Under the pieces are notes generated by a model that made no database searches, was not told where the DNA came from, and worked only from the letters and a program-made list of their open reading frames with translations. The translations under genes were made by a program, and so were the position numbers. Shown one piece after another: positions 9,469 to 18,964 of a stretch of 64,000 nt of DNA. Positions within the stretch are counted from its first letter, which is position 1. Every line of letters starts with the position of its first letter. Location: the sequence record MT612989.1. One strand, given 5' to 3'.

Positions 9469-9476
9469 TATTTATG
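9469..9476 (-). promoter_or_regulatory. Late promoter variant CATAAATA
   Basis: 7/8 match to TATAAATA, just after a terminator and about 20 nt upstream of the ART-like gene. Confidence 0.6.
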
Positions 9477-9484
9477 TCAGACAC

Positions 9485-9509
9485 AAAAAAGCCCCAATTA
9501 AGGGGCTTT
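9485..9509 (-). terminator. Repeated terminator AAGCCCC-TTAATT-GGGGCTTTTTT (copy 1 of 4)
   Basis: Same hairpin at 20554-20580, 30885-30910 (one loop change) and 51726-51751. Confidence 0.85.
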
Positions 9510-9525
9510 ATGAAACTGTCATCGT

Positions 9526-9798
9526 TTACGAGGTGAATTCTTCAACTCGCTTCGCAACTCGTTCGGCGCGTTCTTTAGACTGTGCATGTACGTTGTTCTG
9601 TGCTGCAAGCTCTTGTGCGCGGCGCTCAACTTCTTCACGGGCACGACGCTCTTCCGCTTCGTTTGCTTCAATCTGTTCTTGATCGAACTGAGCACGTGCG
9701 CGAAGCTCATTTGCTTTTTGATTCATGTCGTCAAGAATGTCTTCAGTTGGACGTGGAGTATTTGTAAAGATTGCTACTAGTTTTTGAAAGAATGTCAT
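9526..9798 (-). CDS. Hypothetical coiled-coil protein
   Basis: Charged helical E/R/A-rich ORF; probable start MTFFQK. Confidence 0.65.
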   Translation of the reverse strand: MTFFQKLVAIFTNTPRPTEDILDDMNQKANELRARAQFDQEQIEANEAEERRAREEVERRAQELAAQNNVHAQSKERAERVAKRVEEFTS

Positions 9799-9805
9799 GT
9801 TTTTC

Positions 9806-10367
9806 TCACTTCTGTTGTAGGCGTTTATAGCCTTTGATAATGTATTCACGATATTTGTATTCGAGCGTGTTTGACCACAAGTCGATACCGTTATTTTGAA
9901 TCTGTTCAGTCACAACAACGACGCGATTTGGGTCGCATTGTAGACCATCATTTAACAGCACTTTGTACTGCGTAAAACCCGTGACTATGCATGGCTCGAC
10001 GCACAATCGTTCTTTTGAAAGACGAAACACAATATCTTTCATTTCAATAACGTTGCCGAGCACATCTTTATGCATCTTTAAAGTCATCCCAAGTTGGTCG
10101 AGGTAGTTGCTCAGTACCGAAATTCGGTCCACTGAACATGTACTTACACCACGCATCAAAGATTTCATTACGACGTTCATTGCAAATTCTAGATTTCAAT
10201 ATTCGCAAATTCTTTCGTCCCTGTTCCCACTTCGAGTGAGAATCACTGAATTCATGATACCAATCGAACCCTTCACAATCATGAAAGAATTGATGATCGT
10301 CGGACTCGGGTATGAACTTGGGCTTTTGGGGTGGCATGGGTATACCAGCTAAAACATTATTCATCAT
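9806..10367 (-). other. Two small hypothetical CDS (9806..10180 with probably shorter true start; 10068..10367)
   Basis: Tiled minus-strand ORFs; no family recognised. Confidence 0.55.
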
Positions 10368-10512
10368 AGGCTTTCCCTTTATGTTTCATCTTGCGCTTAG
10401 TCAAACGTTTCGATTTTTTCTTTCGATCTTCTTCAACAGAAGCGTGATTGAAAGTGTTCATGTGCTTCGCAACAAAGTTTTGAGGTTTGTTGTTCTCTTT
10501 ATTTTTAGACAT
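10357..10512 (-). CDS. 51-aa basic protein missed by the ORF track (MSKNKENNKPQNFVAKHMNTFNHASVEEDRKKK...)
   Basis: Translated by hand; GGAG SD and own promoter upstream; N.VAK...FN.A.V..DRKK pattern typical of small myophage proteins. Confidence 0.65.
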   Translation of the reverse strand: MSKNKENNKPQNFVAKHMNTFNHASVEEDRKKKSKRLTKRKMKHKGKAYDE

Positions 10513-10529
10513 TAGATTCTCCATTTTAT

Positions 10530-10574
10530 ATGTCGATTCGCAATTAATTATACACGAATCGACATTTTTATCAA
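10530..10574 (-). promoter_or_regulatory. Sigma70-type promoter (TTGATA-16-TATAAT) with the -10 in the loop of an 11-bp inverted repeat
   Basis: ATGTCGATTCG (10530-10540) and CGAATCGACAT (10555-10565) flank the -10 at 10547-10552. Confidence 0.65.
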
Positions 10575-10577
10575 CTA

Positions 10578-10832
10578 CTATTTAGCTGTTTTCGTCTTTT
10601 TGTAGTTCTTATACAGTGCGGTACCACTGATGTAAATCCAGAATAGCTCAATCATGAAGCTACCTAGGTTGAAGTTGATTAGTAAACTAATCGTAAGTAG
10701 TATAGCACCCGACATATTAGTCCACAAGTACTTATTATCAGTAGGCTTATATTTCTCACTCGTCACCATCCAGAATGCCAGACAGATTAGAATCATACCG
10801 ATAGTACCAACTACGTGACCAAAAAGAATCAT
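10578..10832 (-). CDS. Small multi-pass membrane protein
   Basis: Three hydrophobic segments, Y...N..GA.LL..SL...FNL.S..IE.FW..IS pattern. Confidence 0.7.
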   Translation of the reverse strand: MILFGHVVGTIGMILICLAFWMVTSEKYKPTDNKYLWTNMSGAILLTISLLINFNLGSFMIELFWIYISGTALYKNYKKTKTAK

Positions 10833-10867
10833 ATTATTTTCTCACTTTAAAGGGAATGAAAGGGCAC

Positions 10868-11752
10868 TTATGTGCCCACCGCGTTACCCCAAATCCATAC
10901 GTGTACACGAACAGAAACGTTGTAACCACGCTCCAATGCTTTCCCTGCAATTGAAGCCATATAACCATCTTGCTCTTGCTCTTCTTGAGTAGCACCACAT
11001 GGCATGATATACACTGGAACATTGTGTAAGTTGTTTTCTACTTTATACAACGCAATTGTTGTATCAAGCTCGTCCCAACACGCTTCCTTGTCTACGACAA
11101 CTGGTTTCAACCAAACGTCTGCGATGCGTGCATATTTGTTAACAACTTTAGGCTTAATTGCTTTCTCTGCAACTTCACCTGTTACGTTGAATAACTTAAA
11201 CGATACACTGAAGCTCAACTGTGGTTTCTCAGAACGAGCTTTCCATTGAATCAATGCCCAACGTTCTGAAAATTCGGGCTTGAGATCTCGCGTACCGTTT
11301 GTTTCAATCGTGATATGTTTTGGGTAATTGTCGATTTCGATGAAGTAATTCATCATTTCGATGATCTGTGATTGGTTCATCATAGGCTCACCGCCCGTAA
11401 TTACCCAATGAATTTCTCCCCATTCTCGATTAGGCAGTTTGTCAAGCATTGCTTCGCAAACGTCTGGTACTTCAGACTTAGAAGCAAGATGAGCATACTT
11501 TTTAGCCCACGTGTATGAAGAGTCACAACCACGAGTCCATACAGGTAGATCTTCAACTGAAGTCACGTTGTTTGCTTTCGGGTCGTAATCTTTGAAATCT
11601 AAAACCCATGTGTCTTTGTTCGTCGGGTCTTCTTGACCGAAGCCGTGACATTCTAAATTACAACCCCAGAAGCGAAAGAATAAACTAGCTTGACCAGTGT
11701 ATTTGCCTTCACCTTGAACGCTGTAAAACATTTCTGTCCATCGTACCTGCAT
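10868..11752 (-). CDS. queE: 7-carboxy-7-deazaguanine synthase (radical SAM)
   Basis: EMFYSVQGEG.YTG..S.F.RFWGCNLEC...CDS, VITGGEPMM, IETNGT, C-terminal RVHV.IWGN..GT. Confidence 0.9.
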   Translation of the reverse strand: MQVRWTEMFYSVQGEGKYTGQASLFFRFWGCNLECHGFGQEDPTNKDTWVLDFKDYDPKANNVTSVEDLPVWTRGCDSSYTWAKKYAHLASKSEVPDVCEAMLDKLPNREWGEIHWVITGGEPMMNQSQIIEMMNYFIEIDNYPKHITIETNGTRDLKPEFSERWALIQWKARSEKPQLSFSVSFKLFNVTGEVAEKAIKPKVVNKYARIADVWLKPVVVDKEACWDELDTTIALYKVENNLHNVPVYIMPCGATQEEQEQDGYMASIAGKALERGYNVSVRVHVWIWGNAVGT

Positions 11753-11760
11753 ATATTACC

Positions 11761-12003
11761 TTACTCTGTTGGGTTCCAGACGTACAAAGGCGTTTTCTTA
11801 TTGCCTTTGAATTCATTGTAACCGTGAGGGATTTCACCAACACGTTTCGCTTGTCTGGCTTGTGATTTTGATTTGTATAGACCAAGATGACAAACTAAGT
11901 CAGTAAGTGTGAAAGTGCTAGGCACTCTCACAACTTCTTCGTCCGCAAATAATGTCGCTTGGTCGTTCGGCTGAATGTTGCCGTTTTCGACTATAATGTT
12001 CAT
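11761..12003 (-). CDS. Small protein with S4-like RNA-binding motif
   Basis: LTDLVCHLGLYKSKSQARQA...GEI resembles the S4 motif (L.D.L...GL..SKSEARR.I..G). Confidence 0.45.
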   Translation of the reverse strand: MNIIVENGNIQPNDQATLFADEEVVRVPSTFTLTDLVCHLGLYKSKSQARQAKRVGEIPHGYNEFKGNKKTPLYVWNPTE

Positions 12004-13289
12004 TATATTGCCTTTAAGTCTTTGATAAACTCTTTATGTGGAGTTGTTTTCTTCCAATATAAGAGTTCTTTTTGTGCTGCTGCTGCATCTTTTTCAAGAC
12101 GTGCAATCTCGTCGTCGGTCATTTTATCAACCGACATATTTAGAAGATCGTTGACATGATCTTTAAATGCGTCTTCTGCTTTAAGCTCTGCTGCTACTTC
12201 AGCACGCTTCTTACCGAATAGAACAATTTTACCAGACACAACACGCTTGATGAACTCAACTTTAGCAATCGCTAGTGATGAACGCTTCTCTGTGCGCTCT
12301 GAAGAGTCTTTAATTCGTTTAGGTAAGAATGATAGACGAAAGTCAACGAACCACTTCACAAGTTCTCGTGCGTCGTCAAAATGACGAATCTGATAATTCT
12401 CGTCGATGACGTTGATGTTCTGTGTAAATGTGCTTTGCAGTTTCAGAGTTTTGATTACGAAGTCTTCGGTCATTTTTGCACCGCGCTTGAATCGAACACG
12501 AAACTGAAATGTTTCACCTGTTTCATCAACGTAGCTACTGATTTTACCTTGTTCTACGAGCTTGTCAAGTTCTTTGATATATTTCGTGTGGTCGAAACCA
12601 GTCGGGATTTCAGTAACAACTACCGTCAAACCGCTAACTTCAAAGTTGCCGATCTGAGCGTATTTGTTGTGTTCGAGTTTAACGATCTTGCCGTGAAATT
12701 CAGGGAACTTCAGAACGGGTTCGCTAATCTCTTTACCCGAAAGATATTCAACAACTGCTTTCTTAACCCATTCTGGGTCATGCGGTAGAATGTTACACGC
12801 AAAACCAGTTGCAATACCCTCAATACCATTCAGTAGAACCATCGGGACAACAGGCACATAGAACTGAGGTGGTACATGCTCAACGTCTTTATGTTCAGGT
12901 GATAGATGAATATCTTTGAAATATTTGTCAAAGTTTTCATGTAGCTTTGCATAAACGTAACGAGCAGACGCAGACACTTTAACCATGCGAGAACCAAAGT
13001 TACCGCGACCTTGTACAATCGGTACGTTGTTTGTCCACTCTGCTGCCATACGCGCTAGAGCGTCTTGTGCTGCTGTCTCGCCGTGATTGTAACCAATCTT
13101 TGATACTGAGCTTCCCAACGCTGCGACCTTGTCAAAAGACGTACTAGCGTCTTTGATGACGTTATACAATACAAAACGATGCACTGGCTTGAGACCATCA
13201 ATCCCATTAGCCAGTGCTCGATTCTCGATTGTATACATTGCGTATTCTAACGCTTCATCATTTGTAATACTTGATAATGTACGTTGCAT
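12003..13289 (-). CDS. 52: DNA topoisomerase II medium subunit (T4 gp52, GyrA/ParC-like)
   Basis: YAMYTIENRA...DGLKPVHR, YNHGE, GRGNFGSR...SARY catalytic Tyr, LLNGIEGIATGF. Confidence 0.95.
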   Translation of the reverse strand: MQRTLSSITNDEALEYAMYTIENRALANGIDGLKPVHRFVLYNVIKDASTSFDKVAALGSSVSKIGYNHGETAAQDALARMAAEWTNNVPIVQGRGNFGSRMVKVSASARYVYAKLHENFDKYFKDIHLSPEHKDVEHVPPQFYVPVVPMVLLNGIEGIATGFACNILPHDPEWVKKAVVEYLSGKEISEPVLKFPEFHGKIVKLEHNKYAQIGNFEVSGLTVVVTEIPTGFDHTKYIKELDKLVEQGKISSYVDETGETFQFRVRFKRGAKMTEDFVIKTLKLQSTFTQNINVIDENYQIRHFDDARELVKWFVDFRLSFLPKRIKDSSERTEKRSSLAIAKVEFIKRVVSGKIVLFGKKRAEVAAELKAEDAFKDHVNDLLNMSVDKMTDDEIARLEKDAAAAQKELLYWKKTTPHKEFIKDLKAI

Positions 13290-13309
13290 TTTTCCCTCGT
13301 ATGAAAAAC

Positions 13310-13325
13310 GGGGCTTTACAGCCCC
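13310..13325 (-). terminator. Intrinsic terminator
   Basis: GGGGCT-GTAA-AGCCCC followed by GTTTTT on the minus strand. Confidence 0.7.
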
Positions 13326-13334
13326 TCAAAGAGT

Positions 13335-14339
13335 TTATTTACGCTTCTTAGATAGCATAGTCATCTTAGCAAGCATTTCCCATTTAGTCGGTGATGTTAG
13401 CATCATATCAGCAATGTGTAAACATGTACGAAGCGATAGAGCACGTAGTTCAAGCATGTGTTTCTCAATCCAAGCTATCATGTCAGCGATTTGTGCTGCG
13501 TTTAGACCTAGATCTTCTAGCATTGTAGTTGCTGCTACAACTTGCTTGATGCGAACCATGATTTCTTCTTTTGTATGTACACCTAAGTCAAGGTAGATGC
13601 TACGTGAAATCAGTGCGCTGAAGTGCGGTGAAAGTTTAGTATTCGCTTCAAGTTCACGGTCAAAGTCTTTGTTTGAGATAAAGATTACTGTACCTTCAAA
13701 CAAGAATTCTTGATCGATGCCTTGCTCTTCTAAGTAAGAACTTGCTTTCGCCCATGAAACCCAACGCTCTTCACCAGTGTCTAGTGCTGCTTTTAGAACG
13801 TTCATTTGATCTTCATCTTTGAAAACGTCTACGTCATCTAGAAGAAGAACTGAATCAGGGTGACGGCATTCCCATAGTTTTGTGAACAGACCGATGCCTG
13901 AACATGTACCTGCAACTTTCTTGAATGTGATATCACCGCGTTCTTGAGCTTGATTTAACTCGCGTTCAAGCGTGAACGTCTTACCCACACCCGCTGCACC
14001 TGAGATAAGTAGCGATTTAACGTGACCAGCGATTGCACCGACAGTAAAGATGTCCATCGCTTCGAACGCTTCAGTGATACGCTCTGCAATTTGTTCTTCA
14101 GTTTCAGCTTCAACGACTGGTGCAAGTGCAGGTACTGCTGTTTGTGATGCGTCAGCTTCGTCTACGTACTGTACGTCTTCTTTGTTTACGCGAATAGTAC
14201 GTACTGCACCATCAAGCATAATCTTCATACGACCGTTTTTCTCACCGGCATCTGAACTATTCCAAACTCGTTCGATAAGAGTGTAAGTGCCGTTGATTTC
14301 AGTTTTACGAAAAAGACCGTTTGTGATGATAGCTTGCAT
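13335..14339 (-). CDS. AAA+ family ATPase (early)
   Basis: SGAAGVGKT Walker A, LLLDDVD Walker B, FISN sensor, SRS; N-terminal beta domain. Confidence 0.85.
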   Translation of the reverse strand: MQAIITNGLFRKTEINGTYTLIERVWNSSDAGEKNGRMKIMLDGAVRTIRVNKEDVQYVDEADASQTAVPALAPVVEAETEEQIAERITEAFEAMDIFTVGAIAGHVKSLLISGAAGVGKTFTLERELNQAQERGDITFKKVAGTCSGIGLFTKLWECRHPDSVLLLDDVDVFKDEDQMNVLKAALDTGEERWVSWAKASSYLEEQGIDQEFLFEGTVIFISNKDFDRELEANTKLSPHFSALISRSIYLDLGVHTKEEIMVRIKQVVAATTMLEDLGLNAAQIADMIAWIEKHMLELRALSLRTCLHIADMMLTSPTKWEMLAKMTMLSKKRK

Positions 14340-14340
14340 A

Positions 14341-14425
14341 TAATGTTCTCTCTTTTAGTTAGTTGCGTTGTTCTCTTCAACACCGTCTATATTAATGATT
14401 TTTGAGACCAACGCAACCACTTTTT
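14341..14425 (-). promoter_or_regulatory. Early promoter cassette (AAAAAGTGG-TTGCGT-16-TAATAT ... GAGAGAACATT-ATG leader)
   Basis: -35 at 14411-14416, -10 at 14389-14394; leader shared with other cassettes. Confidence 0.75.
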
Positions 14426-14440
14426 GCATTTTTTTTAAAT

Positions 14441-14659
14441 TTATTTCCAATCAGTGTCATTACCGACGCGAATTAAACTTTGGCGCTTGTTGCAATGTGT
14501 ACACACTCGCTTGCTACCTTTCTTGTATTCCCACGTATGCCAACCAAACATACAAAAGATTTTCTTCAGCCATGGGTTTTGCAGTACAAAAAATAGAACT
14601 GCTGCCAGAAATATAATCATGTTCATTAGTATAGACCTCTCATTAATTGTGGTTTGCAA
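14441..14659 (-). CDS. Small membrane-anchored Zn-ribbon-like protein
   Basis: N-terminal TM segment, C..GWH.W...C..C motif. Confidence 0.6.
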   Translation of the reverse strand: MQTTINERSILMNMIIFLAAVLFFVLQNPWLKKIFCMFGWHTWEYKKGSKRVCTHCNKRQSLIRVGNDTDWK

Positions 14660-15198
14660 GCTTTTAACTTGCGCATTGTGTTGATTATCTTACTTGCATA
14701 CTTCTCAGCACGAGGTTCCCAACGTTTACCTTTGTAGAAACCACCGTTGTAGCTTGCATACACTTCACGCCAATTGTGATGACCTCGAATCTTTTTCCAA
14801 TATTCAAGTTCTTCTATTGCAAGCTGCACTGATACGGTACGATCAGTAAGCAAGATTGTTTTCACGTCTTCAGGGTTATTGAGGTCATACGGACCGAAAT
14901 CTCGACCTGCTTTCTCCCATCGCTTCAAGCGCGTTGTTGCTGTTTTGATGTTGTTTTGCATCAAACCATAGTCTTTCGTTCTATGGTTTATCATCTGCTC
15001 ACCCGCACTTGATTCGACAATTGCGATTGCTGCTAGAGACCAGCTCAAATCATTAAACCAACCGTTCACAAACACTGCACGTACATTATGCCATTGCTTT
15101 TCAGACAGTTCTTGACCTTTAAATTTCACGTGACACTGATTGCTTGCAGTTGCATTAAATGCACACACTGCTAAAAGCAGCGTAAATAACTTCTTCAT
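14626..15198 (-). CDS. SLT-family lytic transglycosylase (T4 Vs.1-like) with signal peptide
   Basis: AIAIVESSAG catalytic Glu, DYGLMQ.N, SYNGG; start MKKLFT. Confidence 0.8.
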   Translation of the reverse strand: MKKLFTLLLAVCAFNATASNQCHVKFKGQELSEKQWHNVRAVFVNGWFNDLSWSLAAIAIVESSAGEQMINHRTKDYGLMQNNIKTATTRLKRWEKAGRDFGPYDLNNPEDVKTILLTDRTVSVQLAIEELEYWKKIRGHHNWREVYASYNGGFYKGKRWEPRAEKYASKIINTMRKLKACKPQLMRGLY

Positions 15199-15228
15199 AT
15201 TTGATCTCTTTGTCGATTTAGCACACGA

Positions 15229-15270
15229 ATGATACAAAAAAGGGCTGACACCTGTCAACCCTTTTTTTTA
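15229..15270 (-). promoter_or_regulatory. Terminator-promoter fusion cassette (GGG-TTGACA-GGTGTCAGCCC-TTTTTT-G-TATCAT)
   Basis: Hairpin 15242-15261 contains the -35 (15253-15258); U-tract forms the spacer; -10 at 15229-15234. Confidence 0.8.
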
Positions 15271-15271
15271 A

Positions 15272-15571
15272 TTATTCTGCACGCGCTTCCCATCGCGCTT
15301 CTTCAAGTGCATGAATTTTTGCCTTGAAGTCATCAAACCCACCAACATGAACACCATCAAAGAACACTTGAGGTAGAGTCTTTAACTCTTGACCAAGTTC
15401 GTGCATTCGTCTTTCAAGTTCTTCACGGTTATGTTTATGTGCGTCTGTAACCTTTTCTTTTGCAAGCGGAATGAAATCGAAAATCAAACCACGTGTTTCA
15501 GCTAGTCGTTTTGCTTTCAAGCAAGGAACGCAGCGAAAATCGCTTTCGTCCCAACCAAATATTTCTAACAA
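15272..15571 (-). CDS. nrdC: Glutaredoxin (T4 NrdC-like)
   Basis: CVPC active site, TLPQVFFDG.HVGGFDD. Confidence 0.9.
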   Translation of the reverse strand: MLEIFGWDESDFRCVPCLKAKRLAETRGLIFDFIPLAKEKVTDAHKHNREELERRMHELGQELKTLPQVFFDGVHVGGFDDFKAKIHALEEARWEARAE

Positions 15572-15572
15572 T

Positions 15573-16697
15573 TTACACCTCTAACGTTTTCAGGAATTCA
15601 GCGCGTACAGTTGAATCAATCTGACCAACAAGATACGAACTCAGTTCAGCTTCTTGTGCTGCTACTTGTACTGAATCACTATTTAGCCATTTGCGAATCC
15701 ACGGTAATGGGTGCTTACGGCGAGGGTATGGGCTGTTTAAACCAACTGAACGCATACGACTGTCAGCAAGATATTCAACGTATTCACATAGAATCTGAGC
15801 ATTCAGACCAGGAACTGTGCCTTTAGAGAACAAAGAATGTGCCCATTCTTTCTCTTGCTCAACAACTTGCATGAAGATTTTTTCAGCTTCAGGTTGAAGA
15901 CGACGAGCAATCTCAAGCATTTCAGGGTCATCTTTACCTGCATGCCAGATGTTGAGTAATGCTTGTGTACCTTTCAAGTGAAGTTGTTCATCACGAGCAA
16001 TGAGTTTCATCACTTTCGCGTTGCCTTCCATGATACCTTGCTCTGCAAAGTTGAAAGTACATGCGAATGATACATAGAAACGAATTGCTTCAAGTGCGTT
16101 TACTGCGTGCATACACAGATATAGTGCTTCTTTTACTGCGGTTTCTTGAATACTCAAGATGTACGAAGTACAATTCATTGCTTTGAGCTGTTGCAATTTC
16201 TGTGTTTCAGCGATGAGTTTATCATAATGCTCTGTAACTGCACTAGCACGAGCCATGATAGATTCGTCGAGAACAATCTCGTCAAACACCGCGCTTGGGT
16301 TTGCATACAAGTTACGCATAATATGCGTGTAAGAGCGACTATGAATCGTTTCACTGAAATCCCATGTCGTTACCCAGTTTTCAAAAGCATTGTCGCTACA
16401 GATAGGCAAGAATGCGATATTAGGTGCGCGACCTTGAACTGAGTCAAGCAGAGATTGATATTTTAGATTTTGAGTGAAGACAAACTTCCAATGCTCAGGC
16501 ATACGGTCAAAATCTTGTGAGTCACGAGTCAAGTCAACTTCTTCTGGTCGCCAAAAGAAACTAAGTTGTTTTTCAGTGAGTTGATCGAATACTGCATGTT
16601 TTACAGTTTCGAAACGAGAAATATTCGGGTCATCGCCCAAGAAAAGAGGTTGCTCAAGATGAGCAACCTGGTTTTTATTAAAAATCGTTTTAGACAT
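15573..16697 (-). CDS. nrdB: Class Ia ribonucleotide reductase beta subunit
   Basis: FFWRPEEVDL, ETIHSRSY, EAIRFYVSF, IARDEQLH; uninterrupted. Confidence 0.97.
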   Translation of the reverse strand: MSKTIFNKNQVAHLEQPLFLGDDPNISRFETVKHAVFDQLTEKQLSFFWRPEEVDLTRDSQDFDRMPEHWKFVFTQNLKYQSLLDSVQGRAPNIAFLPICSDNAFENWVTTWDFSETIHSRSYTHIMRNLYANPSAVFDEIVLDESIMARASAVTEHYDKLIAETQKLQQLKAMNCTSYILSIQETAVKEALYLCMHAVNALEAIRFYVSFACTFNFAEQGIMEGNAKVMKLIARDEQLHLKGTQALLNIWHAGKDDPEMLEIARRLQPEAEKIFMQVVEQEKEWAHSLFSKGTVPGLNAQILCEYVEYLADSRMRSVGLNSPYPRRKHPLPWIRKWLNSDSVQVAAQEAELSSYLVGQIDSTVRAEFLKTLEV

Positions 16698-16706
16698 TAT
16701 CTACCT

Positions 16707-18935
16707 TTAAACTTTACAACCATCACAGTCTTCATCGCCTTCGTTGCCGTCAGCACCGTCGCGAGTGTTAGAATAATAAAGCGTTTTGATACCGTAGTGA
16801 CTACAGAACGCAAGCTCTTCGAAGATTCGTTCCATTGCGATCTTACCGTTAGCAACTTGGGACGGGTCGTAGTATTCATTCGCTGAAATACTCTGGTCTA
16901 CAAACTTCTGCATGATTGCTACAAGAGTCAAATAACCGAAGTTGTCTTTACCACATGCTTTCCATGCTAGACCGTATTCATCTTTCAGTAAATCAACTTC
17001 AGGTACAACTTGGTTGAATACACCGTCTTTTGATTGCTTAGTCGAGACTAGAGCACGCGGCGGTTCAATCCCGTTTGTGCTGTTGCTAATCTGAGAGCTA
17101 CTTTCACAAGGCATGAAAGCTGAAGTGGTGTCATTTCGCATACCGTAACGAATTACGTCAGCGCGAAGTGCTTCCCAATCTAAATTATAATTCGGCTTGA
17201 CAAGCTTATCAACATTTTTATTGTACCAGTCAATCGGTAATTTACCTTGAGCCCATCGAGTCTTACGATGCCACTTGTTCGGCCCTCGTTCTTTCGCTAA
17301 CATCATCGATGCTTGAATGTTGTAGTAAGACATTGCTTCCATCCACTCATGCACGAGATACTTAGCTGAATCATCGTAACCAACAAAGTTCTTCGCTAAG
17401 AAATAAGCAAAGTTAGTTATACCAACACCTAGAGCACGACGATATTTCGCCTTTTCCGCTGCTTTCACAGGGTAATCTTGGTAATCTAGTAGATTATCAA
17501 GCGCACGAATGATGATCGGTGCAAGATGAGCAAACTCACTAGGCGATTCGATAGCACCTAAGTTGTATGCAGCAAGCGTACACAGTGCAATCTCTTCATC
17601 TGCTGAGCCTAACGGGTACGTAGGAAGAGCGATTTCCATACACAAGTTTGATTGCTTGATTGCTTCGATGTACGGTGATTGAGCATTCAAGTTATCAACA
17701 AAGATCGGGTAGATACGACCAGTGCCGTTACGCTCTTGACCAAACATACTGAATAGCTCAGTTGCTTTGATGCGCTTTTTACGCACATTCGGGTCAGCTT
17801 CAAGTTCTAGGTAAAGTTTTTCGAATTGCTCTGGGTTTGTGTGATATTCACCATATAGAGCACCATGACGTTCGTCAGGACTGAATAGCGTGATGTAATC
17901 GTTATTCACAAGACGCTCAAGCATCAATCGACTGATTGATACACTGTAGTCAAGATGACGAATACGGTTTTCTTCAACACCTTTGTTGTTCTTCAGAACT
18001 AACAGTTTTTCAACTTCTAAGTGCCAAATCGGGTAAGTTAGAGTCGCAGCACCCCCACGTACACCACCTTGAGAACACGATTTAACCGCAGTTTGAAAGT
18101 GTTTCCAGAATGGAATTACACCAGTGTGACGAATCTCACCTGAACGAACGACTGCCCCTTCAGCACGAATCGCACCGCCGTTAACACCGATACCTGCACG
18201 CTTACTAATGTAACTTACAATTGATTTAGCCACTTCATTGATTGAATGCAAAGAGTCGCCTGATTCAATCTTAACACACGAACTAAACTGCCGTGTCGGG
18301 GTACGAACGCCTGCCATAATCGGTGTCGGTAATGAAAGTTTGTGAGTCGAAACTGCATTGTAGAAGTCAACGACGTGCTTAATGCGGTCATATTTCTCTT
18401 CTTGATGAAGACACATTGCAATGAGCATGTAAGCATACTGAGGTGTTTCATAGATTGCGCCAGTACCGCGGTTTTTACATAGGTACTTTTCTTTCAACTG
18501 CATTACGCCAGCGTATGCAAATTCAAAGTCGCGCTCATGTTTCACTTGCGATTCTAGATATTCAAGTTCATCATCTGACCATTTCTGAAGAATCTCAGAG
18601 TCGTAAACTTCAATCGCAGTGTTTCGTTCGATTAATTGTTTGAATGGGATAGGGTCGAACTGACCATATACATCTTTGCGAAGACCATACATAGCAAGAC
18701 GAGCCGCGACATATTGATAGTCTGGCTCGTCTACTGAAATGCTATCGGCAGCGATCTTAATCGCTGCCTTTTGAATGTCTTTGCTCGTCATACCGTCGCT
18801 AAGTTGAGCTATAACGCGGTCAAGTAATTGATGTGGATTTATTTTGGTGTTTTCACATGCATCTGATAAAACACGCATCAATTTACTTTCTTCAAATTCT
18901 TCTGTAATGCCAGAAGACTTCACTACAAGCATCAA
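16707..18935 (-). CDS. nrdA: Class Ia ribonucleotide reductase alpha subunit with ATP cone
   Basis: TPTRQFSSC, QGGVRGG, SNLCMEI, CTLAA, C-terminal CDGCKV; uninterrupted. Confidence 0.97.
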   Translation of the reverse strand: MMLVVKSSGITEEFEESKLMRVLSDACENTKINPHQLLDRVIAQLSDGMTSKDIQKAAIKIAADSISVDEPDYQYVAARLAMYGLRKDVYGQFDPIPFKQLIERNTAIEVYDSEILQKWSDDELEYLESQVKHERDFEFAYAGVMQLKEKYLCKNRGTGAIYETPQYAYMLIAMCLHQEEKYDRIKHVVDFYNAVSTHKLSLPTPIMAGVRTPTRQFSSCVKIESGDSLHSINEVAKSIVSYISKRAGIGVNGGAIRAEGAVVRSGEIRHTGVIPFWKHFQTAVKSCSQGGVRGGAATLTYPIWHLEVEKLLVLKNNKGVEENRIRHLDYSVSISRLMLERLVNNDYITLFSPDERHGALYGEYHTNPEQFEKLYLELEADPNVRKKRIKATELFSMFGQERNGTGRIYPIFVDNLNAQSPYIEAIKQSNLCMEIALPTYPLGSADEEIALCTLAAYNLGAIESPSEFAHLAPIIIRALDNLLDYQDYPVKAAEKAKYRRALGVGITNFAYFLAKNFVGYDDSAKYLVHEWMEAMSYYNIQASMMLAKERGPNKWHRKTRWAQGKLPIDWYNKNVDKLVKPNYNLDWEALRADVIRYGMRNDTTSAFMPCESSSQISNSTNGIEPPRALVSTKQSKDGVFNQVVPEVDLLKDEYGLAWKACGKDNFGYLTLVAIMQKFVDQSISANEYYDPSQVANGKIAMERIFEELAFCSHYGIKTLYYSNTRDGADGNEGDEDCDGCKV

Positions 18936-18964
18936 AATTCCCTCGTTTGTTAATTGTTTTCTAT

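Noticed and set aside
9449-9484. ORF-track start (MSDINTSKMRYC) for the ART-like gene
   Set aside because: That stretch contains the late promoter and the GAGGT SD; MKNLKS at 9448 is the better start.
13335-14339. AAA+ ATPase as clamp loader gp44 or helicase Dda
   Set aside because: Lacks RFC box/SRC and SF1 helicase motifs and is not in a replication cluster; left as a generic AAA+ ATPase.
15573-18935. Group I introns or inteins in nrdA/nrdB
   Set aside because: Both ORFs are continuous and of normal length with contiguous motifs.
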